Assembly (NCBI GenBank): GCA_943357105.1 | Contig: CALRGC010000005.1 | Coordinates: forward strand, 24,310 to 58,418 | Source of the DNA: Candidatus Magasanikiibacteriota bacterium | GTDB taxonomy: Bacteria; Patescibacteriota; Patescibacteriia; Magasanikbacterales; GWA2-37-8 | Direction of reading: 5' to 3' | Length of the DNA: 34,109 nucleotides | Part shown: positions 27,537-34,109 of the stretch, in pieces | Numbering within the stretch: the stretch's first letter is position 1 | Layout of the letters: every line of letters starts with the position of its first letter | Notes under the pieces: model-generated | What the model was told of the DNA's origin: nothing | Database searches by the model: none | The model's input: only the letters and a program-made list of their open reading frames with translations | Made by a program: the position numbers and the translations under genes

Positions 27537-28262
27537 ATGAAATGGGAAACATCAATTACTAATCTTAACAATGGGAACGAAATTATTCGTGGTAAAAAGT
27601 TATCCGCTTTAATTAAATCAAATACTTTTACCGAAACTATTTTTTTACTTTTTCAAGGCAGATTGCCCAAACCAGTCGAAACCAAAATGTTTGATGCTTT
27701 GCTAGTATCTTCGATTGATCATGGTATCGGCACAGCCTCGGCAATTACCGCTCGAGTAGTTGCTTCTACTAAAAATAGTTTTAATACTTCTCTAGGAGCT
27801 GGTATTTTAGCGCTTGGTGAGCGTCATGGTGGGGCGATTGAAAATGCAGCTAAATTTTTTATTGATAATCATAATAATAAAAATATTGTAGAAACCGTGA
27901 AGCAGTTGAAAGAGAAAAAAGTACGTTTGCCTGGGTTTGGTCATGCGGTTTTGGTAAAAGATAATCGCAGTATTGAAGTTTTTAAAGTTGCGAAAAAATT
28001 AGGGTTTTATAAAAAGTCTTGTGCCGTGGCTGTGCAAGTAGAAAAAGAATTAAATAAAATTTCATCCAAATCAGTGCCACTCAATATTGACGGTGCGATG
28101 GGGGCAATTTTGGCCGATATGGGTTTTGATCCAAAGCTCATGAAAGGTATATTCATGGTGTCTCGTGTGCCCGGCCTAGTGGCTCATATCTATGAAGAAA
28201 TCACTAACGATGCCGGGTTGCGTCGTTTGGGCGAAGAAGAAATTAGCTATATTGGAAAATAG
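27537..28262 (+). CDS. Citryl-CoA lyase (citrate synthase-like module)
   Basis: WETSI, IDHG, HGGAIE, PGFGH, LNIDGA. Confidence 0.85.
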   Translation: MKWETSITNLNNGNEIIRGKKLSALIKSNTFTETIFLLFQGRLPKPVETKMFDALLVSSIDHGIGTASAITARVVASTKNSFNTSLGAGILALGERHGGAIENAAKFFIDNHNNKNIVETVKQLKEKKVRLPGFGHAVLVKDNRSIEVFKVAKKLGFYKKSCAVAVQVEKELNKISSKSVPLNIDGAMGAILADMGFDPKLMKGIFMVSRVPGLVAHIYEEITNDAGLRRLGEEEISYIGK

Positions 28263-28271
28263 ATTAATCAA

Positions 28272-28301
28272 AAAAACAACACTGATTAAGGTGTTGTTTT
28301 T
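28272..28301. terminator. Bidirectional terminator
   Basis: aaaaacaacac/gtgttgttttt between convergent genes. Confidence 0.75.
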
Positions 28302-28311
28302 GCTTTCAGCT

Positions 28312-29820
28312 TTAGCCGGTTTTATTAATATAATATTCTACCGGCGCGAAATCATCCGTTAAAATTGGCATGTCAGTCGCGATATTTTTATTCCACAAAT
28401 GAGATAAACAAGTTTTTATATCATTGTCAGTGTTTTTAAAGTTCGGCACATTTTTGGATTTTAAAGCTACCAGAATAACATTTTGTACGCTGTCGCCGTT
28501 ATCGGGATTGTTTACAGGAAAAATATACGCTTGAGGGAAAATGCTTTTGTAAGTGGCTAGTTCCGCTCTTAGAAATTCTCCCTTTTCTCCATCAATTGCG
28601 GATATGGTATTTAAAATTACCACACCATTATCACTTAGCGCGTCGTAAGTTTTTTGGACGGCCTCCTTGGTGGTTAATTGATAAGGCAAGGAGTAATGTG
28701 AACTAAAAGCGTCACCAAAAACCACGTCGTATTTTTTTTGATTTTTATTTAGAAAGACCCGGCCGTCTTGGACGTATATATTTAATCGTGGATTTTCTTT
28801 TAGATTAAAATATTTTTTTGCCAGTTCAGTCACAATTGGATCTATTTCCACTACGTCCATGGTTGCTTTAGGGTATTTTAGTAAAAAATTTTTAGGAAAA
28901 GAAAAACCACCACCGCCGAGCATCAGGGTGTTTTGAAAATCAGGTTTAAAATATCGAGCCAGATGATAATATTTGGTGTATTCAAAGGCCAACTCATCAC
29001 TATTTAGAAACATGGCCGAGTTATGGTCTTTGTTTATGGCCAAGGTACGGGTAGTTTGGTGGGTGACGTTATTGGTTTGATCGTAAATCCAGATACGATT
29101 ATAGGCAGTATCGGTATCTATAAAATTATTTTTTTTATTTATTATTTCTATTTGGTTGATAGTGCCCCAAATCAAGGCCGTTATTATTAAGGCCGCAATT
29201 TTAATTTTAAATTTTTTTTTAATCGACAAAGACAGAGAGATGACAATTAAAGTTATTGTAAGGATGATTAATAATTTATTGGTTCCAAACTTTGGAATTA
29301 GATAAAATCCGGATATAAAAGTCCCTAGGATACTGCCGGCGGTAGATAGCGCGTAGAGATTGCCAACAGTAGATCCGGAACGAGTTAGGTCATCGATTTT
29401 AAGTTTTGCGCTGTAGGGAGAAACCATCCCAAGCAAAAAGCTGGTTGGGAAAAATAAGATAACAGAAGAAAGAATTGAATTTATTTTAATATCGGCGAAG
29501 TTTGATTGTAGCCAAAATAACAACATGTCCTTTATTAAGGTAGTGACACCAATAAAGACAGCCGCCAAAAAAATAATTAATGCTAAACTGTCGACGGTTG
29601 GTTTTTTGTCAGCTAGTTTGCCGCCTAAATAATATCCCAGGCTTAAACTACCAAGAATAACACCAATTAAACTGGTCCAGACAAAAATTGAATTTCCAAA
29701 ATATGGCCCTAAAATTCTTGAACCGATTAATTCATATATCATCACTACCGCGCCACAAACAAACACGGCTATTTCCAGTAAATACATATCTGCTAGGCCA
29801 TTATTTTTTTGTATTATCAT
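28312..29820 (-). CDS. Fused membrane (MFS-like) / spermidine synthase-like protein
   Basis: N-terminal TM region (YELIGSRIL...LGYYLGG), C-terminal LGGGG, VEIDP, DGR, DAF, LTDDFAPVE. Confidence 0.88.
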   Translation of the reverse strand: MIIQKNNGLADMYLLEIAVFVCGAVVMIYELIGSRILGPYFGNSIFVWTSLIGVILGSLSLGYYLGGKLADKKPTVDSLALIIFLAAVFIGVTTLIKDMLLFWLQSNFADIKINSILSSVILFFPTSFLLGMVSPYSAKLKIDDLTRSGSTVGNLYALSTAGSILGTFISGFYLIPKFGTNKLLIILTITLIVISLSLSIKKKFKIKIAALIITALIWGTINQIEIINKKNNFIDTDTAYNRIWIYDQTNNVTHQTTRTLAINKDHNSAMFLNSDELAFEYTKYYHLARYFKPDFQNTLMLGGGGFSFPKNFLLKYPKATMDVVEIDPIVTELAKKYFNLKENPRLNIYVQDGRVFLNKNQKKYDVVFGDAFSSHYSLPYQLTTKEAVQKTYDALSDNGVVILNTISAIDGEKGEFLRAELATYKSIFPQAYIFPVNNPDNGDSVQNVILVALKSKNVPNFKNTDNDIKTCLSHLWNKNIATDMPILTDDFAPVEYYINKTG

Positions 29821-29850
29821 ACTTCGTTTATAATAGTTCCAATTCGGCTA

Positions 29851-29961
29851 TTAATTGATTGTCCTGTTTTTATCCAATAAATCCTGAGCTACTTCATAAA
29901 CGCCGCGCATGGCCATGGCCACCTGTTCCTTTTTAGGGATTTTGCTTTTTTCGTCTTCCAT
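29851..29961 (-). CDS. Possible 36-aa small ORF (MEDEKSKIPKKEQVAMAMRGVYEVAQDLLDKNRTIN)
   Basis: Open frame between a TTGCTT-N18-TATACT promoter and the membrane SpeE-like gene; AT-rich start context like native genes. Confidence 0.35.
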   Translation of the reverse strand: MEDEKSKIPKKEQVAMAMRGVYEVAQDLLDKNRTIN

Positions 29962-30045
29962 ATTAAATTGTGGTAAAATTAGCGGAAATATGTTAAAATT
30001 TGTCTGTTATAAGTATAGCATAAAGTCTAAAAGATAAGCAATGAT

Positions 30046-30501
30046 ATGGAAAAATTTATTTTAATTTTACCAAATATCCGCAGTGCCCACAATGTCGGCG
30101 CGATGTTTCGTACCGCTGATGGAGCGGGGGTTGAGAAGATCTATCTCACCGGCTATACGCCTTGTCCGCCTCACCCTCGGCTAGATAAAGTCTCTCTGGG
30201 AGCGGAAAAATGGGTACCTTGGGAATATGCCAATCAGACCGGCCGATTACTCAAAAAGCTAAAATTTCAGGGCTATAAAATCGTCGCCTTGGAGCAGACG
30301 CCAAAAAGTGTTAATATATATCAGTGGCAACCGGAATTTCCGTTGGCCTTGATTGTCGGTAATGAGAAAACCGGCATCACTAAAAGCTTGTTAAAATATT
30401 GCGACACGGAAATTGAACTAAATATGAAAGGTAAAAAGAAAAGTCTCAATGTCAGTGTGGCCGCCGGCATTACTATGTATTATATTTCTTCAAAATTTTA
30501 A
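30046..30501 (+). CDS. TrmH/SpoU-family RNA methyltransferase
   Basis: NVGAMFRTAD, VGNEKTG, SLNVSVAAG. Confidence 0.9.
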   Translation: MEKFILILPNIRSAHNVGAMFRTADGAGVEKIYLTGYTPCPPHPRLDKVSLGAEKWVPWEYANQTGRLLKKLKFQGYKIVALEQTPKSVNIYQWQPEFPLALIVGNEKTGITKSLLKYCDTEIELNMKGKKKSLNVSVAAGITMYYISSKF

Positions 30502-30502
30502 T

Positions 30503-31222
30503 ATGGAATCCACTATCCAGCTATTTGCTCAATTGGTAGAAAATCTGCCGCCGCTTTTGCCGGATGATTTGGTGTACCGTATTCGTAAAGAATTAAAAAA
30601 TATTCAGACCGAACCAACGAGCTTGGAAAGTTTGGAAGAAAAGATGATCCAAGTAGGTTATGAAATTTGGCCATGGAATCAGGCCTTTCGTGAATTTTTG
30701 CGCGTCACCGAAGAAAAAATGGGTGAAGAATTTTTGTTAGCCCATTTAAATAACGAACTACAGAAAAAATATTACGAATATCGTCAGCTCGGTATGACTT
30801 GGATTGATATTCATACTGGTCGTACGGCTGCTTATTTTGATGAGGACGAGCGCCTAGATCTGGCTCAAGCGCTGGTAGCTACCCACCGCGCGGTGAAAGA
30901 TTTTACTATTCGTGAAGTAGTAGGAATGAAAAAAGAAAGTTATTTAAAAAAAGTGGAAGAATTTAAAAATATTTTAATAAAAATTAAAGACGGATTGGGT
31001 GATTTGCGGGATTTGGCTATCAACGAAGGTGATCATCCGATGCTGGCCAATGAAATTATGGAGCGGGTGAAATCATTTGAACATGGACTTTGTTTGCTCG
31101 CGCCAGAATTTGAACACGAAGATATCAGTCGCGCCCATGAATTTTTTGTCGGACGTAAGCAGGAATTAAATCGTTTGCGTGGAATTCACGAAACTATTGA
31201 AATTGATTTTTATGCCGAATAA
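30503..31222 (+). CDS. Hypothetical helical protein
   Basis: Long ORF starting 1 nt after the TrmH stop; no recognised motif. Confidence 0.75.
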   Translation: MESTIQLFAQLVENLPPLLPDDLVYRIRKELKNIQTEPTSLESLEEKMIQVGYEIWPWNQAFREFLRVTEEKMGEEFLLAHLNNELQKKYYEYRQLGMTWIDIHTGRTAAYFDEDERLDLAQALVATHRAVKDFTIREVVGMKKESYLKKVEEFKNILIKIKDGLGDLRDLAINEGDHPMLANEIMERVKSFEHGLCLLAPEFEHEDISRAHEFFVGRKQELNRLRGIHETIEIDFYAE

Positions 31223-31235
31223 TCTTTTAAAATTT

Positions 31236-31263
31236 AAAAAACACCGTTCAACGGTGTTTTTTT
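31236..31263. terminator. Bidirectional terminator
   Basis: aaaaaacaccgt/acggtgtttttt. Confidence 0.75.
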
Positions 31264-31265
31264 GT

Positions 31266-32243
31266 TTATATTTTTATTGGCTGTACAGTTTTAAATTTTT
31301 CTATCATTTTTTTAATTCCTTTTTGATTGAGTTGTCCTTCTTCTACACCAAAATGTCCTAAAACTGAACAACTATTGGCTGTGCCCCAAGTCAGACAGCC
31401 TGGCAAATCATGTCCTAAAATTTTAGCGGAGATAAATCCGGCCGAGAAAGAATCGCCCGCACCGGTTTTGGAAACTATAGGGACATCGTATGGGGTCATT
31501 TCCCAAATACCTTCGGCATTGCCAGCCAAAGCGCCGCGCGCGCCGTCGGTGATGACTACTTCTTTGGCTCCCATCCCGAGCAGAGCACCGACTAAAGTTT
31601 TGGCGGATTGGTTTAAATTAACTCCGCTGATAATTTTCGCTTCTTCCAAGTTTACAATTAATAAATCCGTTAAAGGTAAAATTTCTTTGCATAAACTAAG
31701 ACCGTATTTCAATTGAAAAGCGCCGGGGTTGAAAGCTAATTTTGTATTTTTATTTTGTTTTAAAAATTTTATTAAATTTGTTTGCAAAGAAGCAAAGCCA
31801 TCACTAAGACTGGTATAATAAATCCAATTAGTTTTTGGCATTTTCTTTGGCCAGTGGTAATTTTTTTTGCTGTGATAGGATAAAATCGTTCGTTCACCTT
31901 TGAAATTTAAAACAATAGAGTAGCGGGTTTTTGTTTTTTTATCTTTGGTAACTCCCGCAATATTTATTTTGTGTTTTTTTAGTTCGCCACTGATAATTTT
32001 GCCATTGGAGTCGTCGCCAATCGTACTGATGATGGTGGTGTTCAAATTTAATTTGGCAGTACCCAGCGCGAAATTAGCGGCGTTGCCGCCAACAGTTTGA
32101 AAGCTGTCCGTGACCGGCACTTTGGCGGCATAATCCAGGCAAAGTTTGCAATTATGGCCATCGAGATTGCATTCTACCGAAGCGTCATCAATTTTGACAT
32201 GCGTGTCTACCACCAAATCACCAATAGCGACAATATTAGGCAT
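31266..32243 (-). CDS. PfkB/ribokinase-family carbohydrate kinase
   Basis: GGNAAN, NLEEA, ITDGARG, TGAGDSF. Confidence 0.9.
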   Translation of the reverse strand: MPNIVAIGDLVVDTHVKIDDASVECNLDGHNCKLCLDYAAKVPVTDSFQTVGGNAANFALGTAKLNLNTTIISTIGDDSNGKIISGELKKHKINIAGVTKDKKTKTRYSIVLNFKGERTILSYHSKKNYHWPKKMPKTNWIYYTSLSDGFASLQTNLIKFLKQNKNTKLAFNPGAFQLKYGLSLCKEILPLTDLLIVNLEEAKIISGVNLNQSAKTLVGALLGMGAKEVVITDGARGALAGNAEGIWEMTPYDVPIVSKTGAGDSFSAGFISAKILGHDLPGCLTWGTANSCSVLGHFGVEEGQLNQKGIKKMIEKFKTVQPIKI

Positions 32244-32244
32244 A

Positions 32245-32553
32245 TTATTTTTTTTCGTAATTTTCTATTTCTTTCTGGCTGTGTTTGTGGTGACCGGTCA
32301 TGATTTCAATAAATTCAATTAAACTTCCAGCCGTAAATCCGGCCATAGCCAACATAAAAATTTTGTTATTGATCCAAAGGGCGTAGATAAACAGACAAAC
32401 ACCGCCTAAGATAAAAACCAGATCACGGCGTTTTTCCGTTTCTAAAAATACGCCATAGATATGCAAAGTCGCCCCGGCCATAGCCACCATGTTGATCACA
32501 ATCACCGTATGATCCCAAGGCAGACCGGGAAATAAATTAAAAAGAAAGTTCAT
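32245..32553 (-). CDS. Hypothetical small membrane protein
   Basis: Three hydrophobic segments; tightly coupled to the PfkB gene. Confidence 0.7.
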   Translation of the reverse strand: MNFLFNLFPGLPWDHTVIVINMVAMAGATLHIYGVFLETEKRRDLVFILGGVCLFIYALWINNKIFMLAMAGFTAGSLIEFIEIMTGHHKHSQKEIENYEKK

Positions 32554-32577
32554 AATTAAATTAATTAAAAATTAAAT

Positions 32578-33228
32578 TTAAGCGGCTTGAGCGTAGGTCG
32601 GGGGCTGTTGTAGGCGATCGTGGCGGCTTTTTAGTTGGCGCACTCGATCGACTGTGGCAAAGAGCAGATCTTCGGTTGCTTCGGGGATTTTTCCTTTGGC
32701 AATCAGCTCAGAACTTCTTAATCTATTTAATTCCTCAAGGTTGCGATTAAGTCCGCGGTCAACTTGTTGCCAAATTGGACCACCACTGTTGAGATCACCA
32801 CTAAAAATTTGTAACCAATGATTAAAGGCGTCAATAGCACTATTAATTTTGGCGACTTCGCTTTTGACAGTCTGCTCCGGACTAAGCTCGCCTCCGGACA
32901 AAGCCGTTTCCGCCATTTTGACTGGCTTTTCTACTTCTCTGGCTTCCGCTTGTTCGATCAAACTATGCAATTGTTCGGCCTGCTGGGCCGGAAATTCATT
33001 TCCAAATAGTTGCGCTTTGGATGTAAGTTTTTGATCAATGTAGGTTAGGTCTTCCACACTTATTCCCAATCGAGCAATATCTCCACCTACTCTAGTGATT
33101 TCTTGATTAAGCAATTCTAAATTTTTTTGGATGTGGTTGGCATCCAATTCCGCGCCTTTTAAAGCCATTTTTAAATTTTCACAATTTTGTTTGCCACTGG
33201 GCATTTCTCCGCCTTGTTCTGGTCTCAT
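32578..33228 (-). CDS. Hypothetical helical protein
   Basis: Long ORF; ATG at 33228 avoids overlap with trxB (alternative start 33249). Confidence 0.7.
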   Translation of the reverse strand: MRPEQGGEMPSGKQNCENLKMALKGAELDANHIQKNLELLNQEITRVGGDIARLGISVEDLTYIDQKLTSKAQLFGNEFPAQQAEQLHSLIEQAEAREVEKPVKMAETALSGGELSPEQTVKSEVAKINSAIDAFNHWLQIFSGDLNSGGPIWQQVDRGLNRNLEELNRLRSSELIAKGKIPEATEDLLFATVDRVRQLKSRHDRLQQPPTYAQAA

Positions 33229-33239
33229 ATAATTATATT

Positions 33240-34109
33240 TTAATTCCAACGATTTATATATTCAATGGCCGCGAGAGCGGAGGTGATGCCTTGCCCGGCG
33301 GAAATTCCGATTTGTTTATAAGCCACATCAGTGACATCACCAGCCGCCAGAATACCCGGAATATTTGTTTGGCATTTGGCATCCACCATAATTTCATTTA
33401 TTTTATTTTTTTTCACGCTGTCGATAAATTGCGAATTGGGGATCTGGCCAATATGGACCATCACCCCTTGAGTCTCAATAATTTTTTCTTCGCCGTTGGC
33501 CGTGTATTTTAAGCCAGTCACAGATTTTTCACCCAAGATTTCGGTAGTGGACGCGCTATAGATTATTTCGACATTAGAAAATGTTTTTAATTTATCAATC
33601 AAAATATTTTCTCCTTTTGGGAAGCCGAAATTATCGGCCGCACTATTTGAAAATTTGCTGATCAAATAAACTTTTTTGGCAATGCCAGCCATCATGATAG
33701 CGGATTCCAGCGCCGAGTTGCCGGATCCCACCGTAGCTGTAATTTTATTTTTGAAAAGCGGGCCGTCGCAAACGGTGCAGTAGGTGACGCCTTTGCGGTC
33801 AAATTCTTTTTCTCCAGGTATGCCCAGTTGGCGGGGGTGAATGCCGGTAGCGATTATTACTGTTTTAGTTTGGTATTGTTTTTCCGCGCCCGCGCCATCT
33901 TTGGCCACCACCGTGTGATAATTTTTTTCGGAAATTATTTTTTCTACTTTGTAGCCAGTGTCAATTTGCACACCGTAAGATTTCACATGTTCATTAAATT
34001 TCTGTGCCAGTTTAAATCCTTGAATTTCAATAATACCTGGCCAATTATTGACGACACCGGACAAAGCCACTTCGCCTCCGACATCAAAAGTGACCATTTT
34101 GAAATTTAG
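33240..34109 (-). CDS. trxB: Thioredoxin reductase-like FAD oxidoreductase, 5' end outside window
   Basis: IATG, YCTVCDG (CxxC), GSGNSA, AAGDVT. Confidence 0.9.
   Translation of the reverse strand, partial: LNFKMVTFDVGGEVALSGVVNNWPGIIEIQGFKLAQKFNEHVKSYGVQIDTGYKVEKIISEKNYHTVVAKDGAGAEKQYQTKTVIIATGIHPRQLGIPGEKEFDRKGVTYCTVCDGPLFKNKITATVGSGNSALESAIMMAGIAKKVYLISKFSNSAADNFGFPKGENILIDKLKTFSNVEIIYSASTTEILGEKSVTGLKYTANGEEKIIETQGVMVHIGQIPNSQFIDSVKKNKINEIMVDAKCQTNIPGILAAGDVTDVAYKQIGISAGQGITSALAAIEYINRWN

Noticed and set aside
30449-30502. Upstream start for the 257-aa ORF
   Set aside because: Overlaps the TrmH C-terminus; the ATG at 30503 fits the local gene-coupling pattern

Overview
AT-rich bacterial chromosome segment. 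It is most likely from a Candidate Phyla Radiation/Patescibacteria (Parcubacteria-like) genome; this is inferred from mostly SD-less, tightly packed genes, a 23S-5S unit with no 16S, and group I introns in the rRNA. Gene order: NYN-domain fragment; pnp; carbamate kinase plus an atypical ornithine-type transcarbamylase; polyamine operon (ornithine decarboxylase, speE, speD fused to an aminopropyltransferase-like domain); tRNA-Leu(TAG); SMR transporter; a GC-rich Cys-rich orphan; transaldolase; Smr protein; 23S rRNA with two group I introns (ORF-less L1931, and L2593 with an I-CreI-like LAGLIDADG gene); 5S rRNA; a 209-bp palindromic element; fbp-fba-PRTase; a TrmB-headed amino-sugar operon (HAD, GlmU uridyltransferase domain only, glmS, HAD, glmR/yvcK, GNAT); a SAM-I riboswitch in front of a second GC-rich orphan; an rRNA methyltransferase; a three-gene citrate-cleaving system; membrane SpeE-like protein; TrmH; PfkB kinase; hypotheticals; partial TrxB. 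Best leads: (1) a possible eukaryote/Mimivirus-style UDP-GlcNAc route with a split acetyltransferase, (2) an 84-aa orphan that appears SAM-riboswitch-controlled, (3) two GC-rich, SD-led orphan cassettes sharing a post-stop motif, (4) a three-piece ATP-citrate lyase, (5) unexplained structured elements on both sides of the rRNA unit. All calls are by eye; no searches were run.
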